Assembly (NCBI GenBank): GCA_963663805.2
Contig: CAXXMR010000003.1
Location: forward strand, 96,001-160,000
Source: Sedimentisphaerales bacterium
GTDB taxonomy: Bacteria; Planctomycetota; Phycisphaerae; Sedimentisphaerales; SM23-30
Length of the DNA stretch: 64,000 bases
Reading direction: 5' to 3'
Below, in pieces: positions 41,701 through 50,638 of the stretch. Under the pieces are notes generated by a model. That model did no database searches, had not been told where the DNA came from, and saw only the letters and a list, made by a program, of their open reading frames with translations. Positions within the stretch are counted from its first letter, which is position 1; each line of letters starts with the position of its first letter. A program made the position numbers and the translations under genes.

Positions 41701-42444
41701 GGCCAGCGGGCGGTCCTTGGCCCGCATTTTTTTGGTGGTGCCCGCAGCTTTTCCCGGGTGACGCTCGACATCAAAGTTTTGATGATGCGTGTTCGAAAAT
41801 GATGACAGACCCGCCGCGATGGCGTTGTTGCTGCGTGGCTCCACCGCGACATTATAGGGCGGGTCACAATATAATAGTCCTATTTTATTATTGGATAAGA
41901 GCTTATCCAAATCAGACTCGCTCGCCGAGTCACCGCACATGAGACGATGTTCACCCAAAATCCAAATGTCACCGGGCTGGGTAATCGGGTCATCCGGCGG
42001 CTCGGGCACCGCATCGGGGTCAGTGAGCCCCTGTTTGATATCCACATCCAGCAGTTGGGTGAGTTCCTTGTCATCGAAGGCCAGCAGCTCCAGATCGAAA
42101 CCCACCTCGCGCAGCTCCGCCAGTTCGATGGGCAGAATCTCAAAATCCCACTCGGCCAGTTCCCCGGTTTTATTGTCGGCGATCCTATAAGCGCGAATCT
42201 GCTCCGGGCTCAGGTCCGTCGCCACGTGGACGGGGACCTTCTTGAGGCCCAGCTGCTGCGCTGCCTTCCAGCGGGTGTGGCCGCAGATAATCACGCCATC
42301 GGGTTCCACCACGATGGGGACTTTCCAGCCAAACTCCCGAATAGAGTCCGCCACCGCCGCTACGGCGCCGTCGTTAATCCGGGGATTCCGTTCGTAAGGT
42401 TTAATCGCATCCAGGTCCCGCAGTTCCACTTCAAACTTCTTCAT
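38800..42444 (-). CDS. ParB-like domain + N6/N4 DNA methyltransferase, interrupted by a group II intron (exons about 42444-41598 and 39281-38800)
   Basis: PYERNPRIN, GHTR, RIADNK; HRLMCGDS; DPPY; FYIWG|GYAN junction; HLTEKP, DLFGGSGST. Confidence 0.92.
39282..41598 (-). mobile_element. Group II intron
   Basis: Domain V GAGCCGTGTGCGGTCAAAGCCGCTCGCACGGTTC (about 39348-39381), domain VI ending CTACTCTAT, RT/maturase ORF, splits a methyltransferase; 5' end at 41597 or 41598. Confidence 0.95.
39399..41009 (-). CDS. ltrA: Group II intron reverse transcriptase/maturase without HNH endonuclease domain
   Basis: TPGADG, RPLGIP, SHGFRP, EGDIKGFFD, GTPQGG, RYADD, GFVFLG, domain X; likely start MNVEHW. 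Confidence 0.95.
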   Translation of the reverse strand: MNVEHWIHRLSRLAGEDTNKRFDRLYREIAKPEFLWFAYDQIKGNRGSRTPGADGQTASDWTIGKVESLSAALRDGNYQPQPVRRVYIPKKSGKLRPLGIPAFEDRVVQSAVKIVLEALYEPIFLDCSHGFRPGKGCHTALHAVQDCPNVRMDWVVEGDIKGFFDHVSHHILLKLLHKRIRDDRLLKLIANFLKAGYFDRDMWNPTKEGTPQGGIISPTLANIYLHELDQFVVEQIGANQGCRETPQEVRDRINPEYRLVDNRIGKRRDRLRRRGDQLSDEERAAVEADLAALLKKRRSLPRMIKPIKPRIVYVRYADDFVIVLRNMSQTTAERIKQRLTEWLRDSLRLELSPEKTLVTHISDGFVFLGYKFAARKRDTLCTPSVKMMIPYNAVAAKVNTVRDICAKQSLSEAEVIRKINSSLRGWMMYYSCVSVPSKVFNYVLHKTFWAYASYVSRKHRLTIKQAAQRWVRRCPANSLHMVEGKKTWCATEQTTDGELRTEWLICKAIPKRRLPSVAGRIGSKPHPYLYTVGGKS

Positions 42445-42795
42445 GTAAAAATCTCCTATGAAATGTGTTTCAAAAAAAGCGCCACTCAAAACAAACTATC
42501 TATGACAACGCGACTGTTCCCGTCGCTCTCATGAGGTCACGTAACACCAAGTACCTAAAGGACTTATGAAACTTTAGTGTTTCCGCCAGAGTGCCAAGAT
42601 GGCGTATATTGCACCCATAGACCCTCTCGATGCATTTTACGCATTTTATATGTCCCGTTTTATTTTTTGGGGAGCTCAATTGTGATAGTCCTTCCTGTCT
42701 TGCGGTGTGTTCCTCTTTTTTCGGCCCGGCCCCCTGATTTAGGGGTTGCGGGGGCGGGAGTTTCCGCCCGCCCCGCACCCCCTTAGGGGGGCGAT

Positions 42796-43021
42796 AGTTT
42801 CCAGTTTCCAACGAGTTTCCACTCACCCTCTTGTAAGCTCTTATTGTAAAAGCATTTACAAATTTGCTTTTGGAAACTCCCAGCCAGTTTCCACCCAGGT
42901 CAGTTTCCAAAACCGAAGTTTCAGTTTCCATCGTGTAACCCTTTCATTTGCAACTACTTATAAGAGGGGGGGTGGAAACTCGCCTGGAAACTCGTCTTTC
43001 TCAGTTTCCACCCAGTTTCCA
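42796..43021. repeat. Cluster of 11 AGTTTCCA/TGGAAACT octamers (iteron-like putative origin)
   Basis: Forward at 42796, 42803, 42814, 42886, 42902, 42923, 43003, 43014; reverse at 42871, 42973, 42985. Confidence 0.8.
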
Positions 43022-43027
43022 CCTAAA

Positions 43028-43620
43028 TCCAAGCTAATCCACCGGCTCTGCCGGTGAGAATTTATAAGGCTCTGCCGTTAAGTGCGTTACAATGGTCCTC
43101 CTTGAGGAAGGCTCCTGGGGTCAAGGAGGACACTATGAAAGACTGGCAGAGTCAGGCCCATGTAAAATGGGACTGTAAGTATCATGTTGTTATTGTACCC
43201 AAATATCGTCGCAAAGCAATATTTGGTAAGTTGCGAAAGGAAATAGGTGCGATATTGCGAGAATTGTGCCGCCAGTATGGGATAGAGCTTATAGAAGGTA
43301 ACGCCATGGCAGACCATATTCATATGCTCCTGAGCGTTCCGCCCAAGTACAGCATCGCTATGACCATCGGTTATCTCAAAGGTAAAAGTGCCATCCGGAT
43401 TTCTCGTGATCTGATGCGTACCAAAGGCACTCTCTTTGGCCGCAGTTTTTGGTCTCGCGGTTATTGTGTAAGTACCGTTGGTCTTGATGAAGCCCATATT
43501 CGTAAGTACATTCAAGATCAGGACAAGCATGAGCAAAATATTGAAAAAGGATTAGACTAACTGTAATGGCCCCTTTTAGGGGCCTTCCTCATACCACCGG
43601 CTCTGCCGGTGGTCATTGAT
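43028..43620 (+). mobile_element. IS200/IS605 family element (tnpA only), copy 2
   Basis: 593 bp, inserted after TAAA, no target duplication. Confidence 0.95.
43135..43560 (+). CDS. tnpA: IS200/IS605 Y1 transposase
   Basis: DHIH HUH motif and catalytic Tyr helix. Confidence 0.96.
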   Translation: MKDWQSQAHVKWDCKYHVVIVPKYRRKAIFGKLRKEIGAILRELCRQYGIELIEGNAMADHIHMLLSVPPKYSIAMTIGYLKGKSAIRISRDLMRTKGTLFGRSFWSRGYCVSTVGLDEAHIRKYIQDQDKHEQNIEKGLD

Positions 43621-45140
43621 TTGCGTCTAACCTGGTTGACATACTGCCGGGTTACACCCACCTCGTCGGCGATGTTTTTGGTGTTGGCGTCCTGGTCATG
43701 GCTCAATAGTGCTGCTACCCAGAGAGATTTCTCGCCGGAAAAACCAGCGCGATATGCTATATATTTGGTGCCGCTACTGGTGCCAACCCGACAAGCCTGA
43801 CCCTGTCCGACAGCCGCTTCCAGCATTTCATCCACCCTCTGAGCGGGCAGACGGTACAGACGTTCGGCGTGATATTGAACCACGTGCTTGGGACAGGGGT
43901 CGTAGGGCTTGATGCAGTTTTCCACAAAATCAATCAGGGGCACCGCCGGAGCCTGGGCGACGATCCCGCTGATTTCCGGATCAATTACTTCCACTGCCGC
44001 TGAGGTTACCGGCTTACCTTCTTCATCGAAGATTTCTGGGATGATCACCTTATGCAGTTGCAGGGTAATGGGGTCCGGCGGTTCGGCATCTTTCATCTTC
44101 TTGGATGACAATAACAGCCGGTCCTGTTTTGTCAGGCAGTACTCAGCGTCCAGGGCGGCTTTGAGGGCCATGGCCCCCCGGGCCCGGTTCTTATCACCGT
44201 GCCCGGTGTGATGGATGATAAGGATGGTGCAGTTAAACTTTTCGCGAACAATGTCACAAGCCCGCACAAAACAGTTCATATCCTGCGTGGAATTCTCGTC
44301 CCCGCCCCCGAAGTTACGGGCCAGGGTATCAAAGACAACCAGTTCGGGTTTGCCGATCTCGTATTCAATATCCTCCATGAGCGATTCCAATTCTGCTCGA
44401 TCCGGCAGCGGTACCGCAGTGGCATTGTAAATCTGGGCATTTTCAAGACTGACATTGTTATAAGTTTCCCAGGCCTTGACCCGACGGCCCAGGCCGCCCT
44501 GACCTTCGCCCAGCAGATAAGCTACCGGTGCCGGTTTCACCGCCCGACCGCGCCAGGGTGTACCGGAGGCGATACGACAGGCCCAGTCCACCGCCACAAA
44601 ACTTTTGCCCGCACCCGGATCGCCAAATATCAGAGCGGTGGAATCCTTTTCCAGGATGCCGCGTAGCAGCCACTGGGGCGGACGAATCTCGAGCTGATCA
44701 AATCGCGTAAAACGTCGCTTACGCGGCTCGGGCTGCGGTGGGCTGCATTTGTTGACAATCCCCGAGATATCCACATCAACCGGGGCATTGCCGTAACCTT
44801 CAGATGCTAAAGTCGACAAAGCCGCTGCATAATCACCGTTATGTTCCAGCTGAGCGTAAACCCCAAACCGGCTATAGCCTTTACGGGTGGTGAAAGGCTC
44901 GGCATTATCGGTAAAGGGATAAAAGACCTGCCCATCAAAGGTGGCTGAATGCTGGCCGGAGCTTTTACCAGGCCGCCACCAGTATTGCTGGCCGGACTCG
45001 GATTTAAGAGTCCAACCGTGCTTTTCGAGAATGGGTGCGATATCACCGCGCCTGTTGAAATCATCGGCGACATCGTGAAAATTATGGGTGGCTGTGGGAA
45101 TATTGTGGCCCACATTTGACGGTAGGGGGGTAGGGGGGGG

Positions 45141-45260
45141 ATTATGGGAAGCACAGTCATCATTGTGGGCACTGTGGGTTTCACAATTACCATTGTGAAC
45201 ATTATGGGCTCCACAATCGGAATTATGAGCATTATGTGTCTCACAATTGTCATTGTGCGT
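45141..45260 (-). repeat. Four degenerate 30-bp tandem repeats encoding a His/Cys/Asn-rich linker
   Basis: HNDNCETHNA HNSDCGAHNV HNGNCETHSA HNDDCASHN. Confidence 0.85.
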
Positions 45261-46019
45261 ATCACCGGCCAGATTATGCAACATCTCCGTTGACACCACC
45301 GACATCTGTTCCGGCGCCTCCACAATCTCCGCTATTCGATGCGGACGGTGCGGCAGTGAATCGCCCTTGCGGTTCCAGGTGCCCGGCAACCGACAGATGC
45401 GGGCGGCGTTGAAGACGCTCAAGTCCACCCGCACCTTATCCGTCGATACCGGTTTCAGGGCCTGCAGACAGCGCTGGATGAGGCCCTCGTCAGACGCCGG
45501 CAGATCGATACGATACATCAGATAATAACCATTACCCGAATCCACCGTCAGCGAGCGGGGCCAGTTCATGGAGGCGAGCCCCTCCTGAATCTCGGCCATC
45601 TTATCGAAGGCGAGTTCTTTCTCGGCGTCGGTAGCTGAGATGCCCGACGGCCTGACGGCATCGACATCGATCAACAGCCAACGCCGGTGCAGAATATCGC
45701 CATCGCTGGTAGTCTCACCGCTGCGGGCCTTCTTGAGCCGGTTCTGCGCCCGGGCCAGCAGATCCAGGTTCACCGGGTTCAGGGTGATATACACCCCGCC
45801 ATAAGTCTTGAAGTTGGCCAGGCAGTTGGGCACCGAATCGAGATGTTCATATTCGAAATAGCCGCTCTCGGTATGCGCCCAGTTGCTATTGGGGCAGTAC
45901 CGCATCCAGCACACGTATCTCGAATACATCACCCGGCTCGAATAATATCTTTAAGGCAGAGGTAATTACATTATTATCCATGGGGTTATGTCATCCTGAG
46001 GTTTTTATCTAAATGAGAT

Positions 46020-46058
46020 TTGACTTCCTGCCGATAAGTAATTATAATGTAATTACCT
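46020..46058 (+). promoter_or_regulatory. Sigma70 promoter and palindromic operator of the MazE/PemK module
   Basis: TTGACT-N17-TATAAT; GTAATTA-TAATG-TAATTAC. Confidence 0.8.
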
Positions 46059-46076
46059 GAACCATATGGAGACTTG

Positions 46077-46323
46077 ATGATGCACGTTAGTTTGATAAAA
46101 ATAGGTAATTCCCAGGGCATTCGCCTGCCCAAGACGATTGTGGAGCAACTGAGCCTCAGTGAAGAGCTGGACCTGCAAGTCATTGATGATGCAGTGGTTA
46201 TCCGCAACGCGGCCATACCCCGGGCCGGCTGGGCCCAGGCGGCCGTCCGATGTCATAGCGCCCGGTGATGATCAGTTTGAGGACTGGGACGCGGTCACAT
46301 CTGATTTCCCTGAGGATTTTTAA
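46077..46323 (+). CDS. AbrB/MazE (PemI-like) antitoxin with an apparent +1 frameshift near 46261
   Basis: KIGNSQGIRLPK, PRAGWA; removing one C gives the acidic tail GDDQFEDWDAVTSDFPEDF* ending 3 nt before the toxin start. Confidence 0.85.
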
Positions 46324-46326
46324 GCC

Positions 46327-46641
46327 ATGAAGAGATTTGATATCTACTTGGTGAATCTCGATCCCACTATCGGCAGTGAAATCAAGAAGACCCGCCCGGC
46401 CGTCATCGTCTCGCCCGACGAGCTCAACGAGCACCTGGCCACCGTAGTGGTGGTGCCGCTGACCACAGGACGCAGTTATCCCTTCCGTATCGCCACCAAG
46501 GTAAAGGGAAAGCCAGGCGTGGCGGCCATCGATCAGATTCGCACCGTCGACAAGAGAAGACTCATCAAACGTCTGGGCACCCTGCACGCCCGGACCAGCG
46601 AGAAAATCCTGGAGGCGCTGGCGGAGATGTTCGCGGTATAA
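46327..46641 (+). CDS. PemK/MazF family endoribonuclease toxin
   Basis: VNLDPTIGSEIKKTRPAVIVS, DQIRTVDKRRL. Confidence 0.95.
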   Translation: MKRFDIYLVNLDPTIGSEIKKTRPAVIVSPDELNEHLATVVVVPLTTGRSYPFRIATKVKGKPGVAAIDQIRTVDKRRLIKRLGTLHARTSEKILEALAEMFAV

Positions 46642-46684
46642 TTCCGCGCTCCGAGCCAGGGCCTGATATTTGGGAAATATCCAA

Positions 46685-47068
46685 TTATTCATGATTTTCC
46701 TTTTTCTGAGTGAAGGCCGGGTTATGCTGAGCCCAATCAGCCCAGCTTCTCACCAGGTTCTTGAGTCCTTCCTGATTCATGGAGACCTGCGGCTCGATCT
46801 TGCCGTCGAAGATGTAACTGACCCCGAAAATATCCATGGTCTCGGTGTCGGCTTCCACTACCAGCACCGTGGCCGGACATAACCGGGTCAAGCGCTCAAA
46901 GAGAATCTGCTGGCCCCGGGGGATGCGGCCATGTTCCTTGAATTCCAAAAACAGCAGATTCCCCTGAATCTCCACCAGCCCATCCACATCGCCCAGTGCG
47001 ATCTTACCGGGCAGGCAATCGGCGAAGATTTCTGCCCCAAACGTCTTAGCATTAGTTGTATCAATCAT
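46685..47068 (-). CDS. Hypothetical protein, PD-(D/E)xK-like
   Basis: GDVDGLVE...LFLEFK; AAGGA RBS. Confidence 0.65.
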   Translation of the reverse strand: MIDTTNAKTFGAEIFADCLPGKIALGDVDGLVEIQGNLLFLEFKEHGRIPRGQQILFERLTRLCPATVLVVEADTETMDIFGVSYIFDGKIEPQVSMNQEGLKNLVRSWADWAQHNPAFTQKKENHE

Positions 47069-47082
47069 GATATTTTCCTTTA

Positions 47083-48828
47083 TCAGAAGGGTAATTCTTC
47101 TTCATCCCAGTTGGTTCCCATACTGGACGGTTCAAAAACATTCTCTTCTTCAACCTCGTCATCCCAGCCCGGTTCAGGGGCATACTCCGGTTTTTCGCCC
47201 AGTTCACAGCCGATTACCCGGTCAAACTTCTCGCCCGAGACACTGCGTACAGTGATCATCTTCGTGCGGGCCAGGGCACCATCATCGGCCAGCAGAACCG
47301 CTTCATGGGCACTGCGGGGCGGCGGACACATGGAACGCTGGCTCCACCATTTCTCGAACTTCTGTCGGGCCCAGCCGCTATGTTCGGGACATACCCACTC
47401 GCTGACGTAATGGTGCCAGCCCACCTGATATTGCACCCGCATGGTCCGGGGCGTGTTTTCGTCCGCCCTGCGTTTGGTATGTACCCCATAAAAAACATCT
47501 TGAACGGTATATTCGGTATCTTCAATTTCACCGGTGAGCACCGCTGCGGTATCAGCCTGGGCTTCATGACGGTTTTTATTGGGGGCGGGGAATTCGAAAC
47601 CGCATTCCGGACAGACGGCATAGGCCGCGTGGATGAGGGCCTGGCATTCGGGACACTCCTTGGCGGGGGCTTCGCCGGAACCAGTGGATTTATCTTTAAT
47701 CTGCAGAGCATCCACCGGTCCGTGCCGCAGGATATTTCCCGCGAAATCCAAAACCAGGCAATCCTGCTTCTCGGGATGCAGTCGAAAGCCTCGACCCACG
47801 CACTGATAATACAAGCCCGGTGAATTAGTGGGCCGCAGCAGAACCACACAATCGACATTGGGCGCATCAAAACCGGTGGTCAGGACATTGACATTCACGA
47901 GGTATTTCAGAGGTGGTTTGACATTACCAAACAAATCCGCCTTCACTTCTTCACGCTTAAAACGCGCCAGGATTTCAGCGCGTTCTGGGGCGGGGGTATT
48001 CCCGGTGATGAGCTGTACCTCCTGATGGCTGCGTTTCTGCAGCGTCTGCTGGATGTGTCGGGCATGTTGAATACCGGCGGCGAAGATCAAGACACTGCTG
48101 CGATTTTCGGTCTGTTCCAGAATTTCTTCACAGGCCGAAGTGACCAGGGCCTCTTCATCCATCAAATCTTCCACTTCCGCGGCGATGAACTCACCCCCGC
48201 GAATGTGCAGAGCCGAGGTGTCGACTTTACGCCGGCCCGCCTTACTCTTAAGCGGGCACAGATAACCCTGCACAATCAGCTCGCGCACACCTACTTCATA
48301 ACATACGTGATTGAGCAGATTTTCCGGCCCGCAGATCATACCCGTGGTCATCCGGTACGGTGTGGCTGTCAAACCGATTAATCTGACGTTCGGGTTGACA
48401 ACCTGCGCATCAGCCAGAAAAGATCTATAGCGTCCTTCGCCGCTCTCGGGGACCAAGTGGCATTCATCGGCTATAATCAGATCGAATGGGCCCAGCTCAC
48501 AGGCTCGCTTGTAAATTGACTGAATACCTGCCACTACTACCGGATTGTCCGTATCGCGCCGCTTCAATCCTGCCGAATAGACTCCGACATCAAGATTGTC
48601 GGAAATTCGGGATAAGGTAGCCGCCGATTGTTCGAGCAGTTCCTTTACGTGAGCGAGGATCAGCACCCGCCCACCCCATTGCAGAACGGCATCCCGACAA
48701 ATGGTCGCCATCAGGGGTGTTTTGCCTCCTGCTGTTGGGATCACCACACAGGGATTGTCATCCCGTTGCCGCAGATGCTGATAAACCGCATCGACGGCTT
48801 CCTGTTGATAGTTCCGTAATTGCAGCAT
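47083..48828 (-). CDS. SF2 helicase (RadD/YejH-like) with C-terminal Zn finger
   Basis: PTAGGKT, DECH, TATP, LTTGFD, QCVGRGFR, CPEC..CPECG. Confidence 0.95.
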   Translation of the reverse strand: MLQLRNYQQEAVDAVYQHLRQRDDNPCVVIPTAGGKTPLMATICRDAVLQWGGRVLILAHVKELLEQSAATLSRISDNLDVGVYSAGLKRRDTDNPVVVAGIQSIYKRACELGPFDLIIADECHLVPESGEGRYRSFLADAQVVNPNVRLIGLTATPYRMTTGMICGPENLLNHVCYEVGVRELIVQGYLCPLKSKAGRRKVDTSALHIRGGEFIAAEVEDLMDEEALVTSACEEILEQTENRSSVLIFAAGIQHARHIQQTLQKRSHQEVQLITGNTPAPERAEILARFKREEVKADLFGNVKPPLKYLVNVNVLTTGFDAPNVDCVVLLRPTNSPGLYYQCVGRGFRLHPEKQDCLVLDFAGNILRHGPVDALQIKDKSTGSGEAPAKECPECQALIHAAYAVCPECGFEFPAPNKNRHEAQADTAAVLTGEIEDTEYTVQDVFYGVHTKRRADENTPRTMRVQYQVGWHHYVSEWVCPEHSGWARQKFEKWWSQRSMCPPPRSAHEAVLLADDGALARTKMITVRSVSGEKFDRVIGCELGEKPEYAPEPGWDDEVEEENVFEPSSMGTNWDEEELPF

Positions 48829-48968
48829 TAGAATGTCACCACGGTTGTTAGGGCTGCCGCTGCCAGCCAGTAAATCACCTTCCGCCAGTCGCTGCCCAGA
48901 TACATTACCGAGGCCGCCAGGTCCAAAAATATGAGCAGCAGGGGGAATATTTGAGTCTTATCTATCAT
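48828..48968 (-). CDS. Small phage membrane protein (46 aa, not in ORF track)
   Basis: MIDKTQIFPLLLIFLDLAASVMYLGSDWRKVIYWLAAAALTTVVTF*; overlaps both neighbours (ATGA, TAATG); GAGGA RBS. Confidence 0.75.
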   Translation of the reverse strand: MIDKTQIFPLLLIFLDLAASVMYLGSDWRKVIYWLAAAALTTVVTF

Positions 48969-49567
48969 TTGTTCCTCTTGATTTCGTATGCGAATAAAGA
49001 TTTGGGTTTACCGTTAATAATCTCTGCGTCGCCCTCTTCGACCGCCTTTCTGAGTCGATATGAGTAAGGCCTGTCTACGGTTAAGCTGCGCGGATGATAA
49101 AGTTTGTCCTGCCATCGGACATGCTTGGTGGGCGGGGTATCCCTGACATACTGAAAATTAGCGGCCCGGTAACAGGTGCCGACATGGCCCACGGTCTGAT
49201 CGGAGAAGGTGTAAATCATACCGACGTCGGTGTTCTTTCTGAGCCACCAGATAATTTTGGCCAGGAAGTAACTGGCGGTATTCTGAGGACAATCTGGATG
49301 CAGCACCATGCGGCGAATTTCTATGGCATCATCTTCGTAACTATTCTGATGCCGCATGGGGCCCAGCACCGCACCGCCGTAAACACTGCCTTCAAACTCT
49401 AAAACCAGGTTATGACTGATACTGCCGCCTATTTTGGAGTGTTTGTAATGATATTTCTCCAGCAGGTCGCTGAACTCCCGGAATTTACCCGGCCTGATCC
49501 TGAGCAGATGCGGTGAGATGGGAATCGAACCCTCTTCTTCGAATTGGAATGTTCGCTGTGTTACCAT
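48965..49567 (-). CDS. mom: Mom-family (GNAT-fold) DNA adenine-modifying enzyme
   Basis: KYHY, YGGAVLG, EIRRM, PQNTASYFL, TFSD..VGHVGTCYRAANF match the recalled Mom-like pattern HY..E(L/I)xR..N.ES..S(Y/F)AD...GHxGxxYxAxNF. Confidence 0.8.
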   Translation of the reverse strand: MVTQRTFQFEEEGSIPISPHLLRIRPGKFREFSDLLEKYHYKHSKIGGSISHNLVLEFEGSVYGGAVLGPMRHQNSYEDDAIEIRRMVLHPDCPQNTASYFLAKIIWWLRKNTDVGMIYTFSDQTVGHVGTCYRAANFQYVRDTPPTKHVRWQDKLYHPRSLTVDRPYSYRLRKAVEEGDAEIINGKPKSLFAYEIKRNK

Positions 49568-49581
49568 TACACTATCACCGC
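49509..49581 (-). ncRNA. tRNA-Gly(TCC)-like cloverleaf overlapping the mom start
   Basis: GCGGTGA TA GTGT AATGGTA ACAC AG CGAA CATTCCAA TTCG AAGAA GAGGG TTCGATT CCCATC TCACCGC A. Confidence 0.8.
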
Positions 49582-49616
49582 TTTCTTGCTCAAAAAGTCC
49601 CGCAAAATAAATATAT

Positions 49617-50357
49617 TTACTTCGGCGCTATCGCATCATTTCCCCGAACAACAGAGATGATGGTGTGGGCAATGTTCAAAGACATTGGTTCACCCATGGC
49701 ACTGATGATGGTATGGGCGGCACAACGGGGGTCGTAAGTTAATTCGAGAGCCGCCCGACTCTCGCAGGTGCCGCATTCCCGGACCGTTGTTAAAGTGTCG
49801 AGTTTCGGGCCGTCAGATTTCCGGGTGGTCTTCTTGTTCCCGATTTTCGCGGTGTTCATCCGGGCGATGGTGCCGTGTTTGGTAACGTAATAGCGGGGCT
49901 GGGATATCTCGCCGCCTGACCCAGGCATTGAGCGACGATAATCATCAACCATACCATTGCTCACTCCACACCGCCTGGCAATTTCCCGGCTACTCCAATT
50001 ACTCCACTCAGCATCTTTCAGGAGTGTCCCCACGGCCTTACGCTTATCCGCGTTCGTCCGCCGCAGCCCGTGGCGGGCGTTGGCACCCACCGAATAAAGA
50101 ATTGCATCCCGCCGACTGCCCTGGTGAACTTCAGCCGTAATCTGGCAGTTGTTGATCCAGTTATGGGCCCAGTACCGATGAAAGCCGTCAGCCAGCCAAT
50201 ATGAGAACCCGTCACAAAATACCGTTACCGGCGGCAACTCAATCCCGCTTTTGAGCAGTTCGGCATATTCCGAAACCACCTCGGTATTAATCTCCACCCG
50301 TGACTGGGTACCGCCGTCGATACGGATATCTTCAATCTCCAATGTCTGTATTTTCAT
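49617..50357 (-). CDS. ParB/Srx-like N-terminal domain protein with HTH
   Basis: DGGTQSR, LADGFHR, NARHGLRR, WSSREIARRCGVS. Confidence 0.85.
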   Translation of the reverse strand: MKIQTLEIEDIRIDGGTQSRVEINTEVVSEYAELLKSGIELPPVTVFCDGFSYWLADGFHRYWAHNWINNCQITAEVHQGSRRDAILYSVGANARHGLRRTNADKRKAVGTLLKDAEWSNWSSREIARRCGVSNGMVDDYRRSMPGSGGEISQPRYYVTKHGTIARMNTAKIGNKKTTRKSDGPKLDTLTTVRECGTCESRAALELTYDPRCAAHTIISAMGEPMSLNIAHTIISVVRGNDAIAPK

Positions 50358-50374
50358 TATTTGCCTTTCTGCGT

Positions 50375-50620
50375 TTATTCCTGTCCGGACAGTTCATTGA
50401 CCCGGGATTTCAGTTCACCACGAATAACATCAGTCTTCTGATGCAGTTGATTGATCTGCTGGCGCTTTTCCTGAAATTCCTGCAGATTCTTTTGGGCCTG
50501 AACGTTAAGCCGATCAACCGGCTCATTGACATCCTTCTTGGCAACAGATTCCTGGGTGGAGAGTATGCCGAAAACAAAACCGATCCCTACCCCTATCATG
50601 GCGCCAAATGCATATTCCAT
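50375..50620 (-). CDS. Small membrane-anchored coiled-coil protein
   Basis: N-terminal TM segment; GAAAGGA RBS. Confidence 0.65.
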   Translation of the reverse strand: MEYAFGAMIGVGIGFVFGILSTQESVAKKDVNEPVDRLNVQAQKNLQEFQEKRQQINQLHQKTDVIRGELKSRVNELSGQE

Positions 50621-50638
50621 AACTTATCCTTTCATTTG

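Larger units (their letters stand above)
42954..45981 (-). pseudogene. Phage primase-like N-terminus + AAA_25 (RepA-like) helicase; +1 frameshift near 45892 and IS200 insertion near the 3' end
   Basis: Start MDNNVITSALKILFEPGDVFEIRVLDAV; LLIDVD, DSGNG, RLPGT; GDPGAGKS, VFDTL, IHHTG; removing the IS restores RRNLGGNWVETEKDEFPGEFPPPSYK*. Confidence 0.85.

Noticed and set aside
42500..42931. 143-aa ORF METETSVLETD...
   Set aside because: It runs through the octamer repeat cluster and has no recognisable motifs; probably non-coding.
43054..43134. 27-aa N-terminal extension of the IS200 transposases
   Set aside because: A strong AGGAGG RBS precedes the internal ATG (MKDW); the extension lies in the left-end hairpin region.
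42796..45260. CRISPR array
   Set aside because: The repeats are irregular octamers or degenerate in-frame 30-mers without unique spacers, and there are no cas genes.
49509..49581. Ordinary functional tRNA-Gly, or att partner of 29723-29763
   Set aside because: Anticodon and T arms are distorted, and its 3' half differs in sequence and strand from the 29.7-kb fragment.
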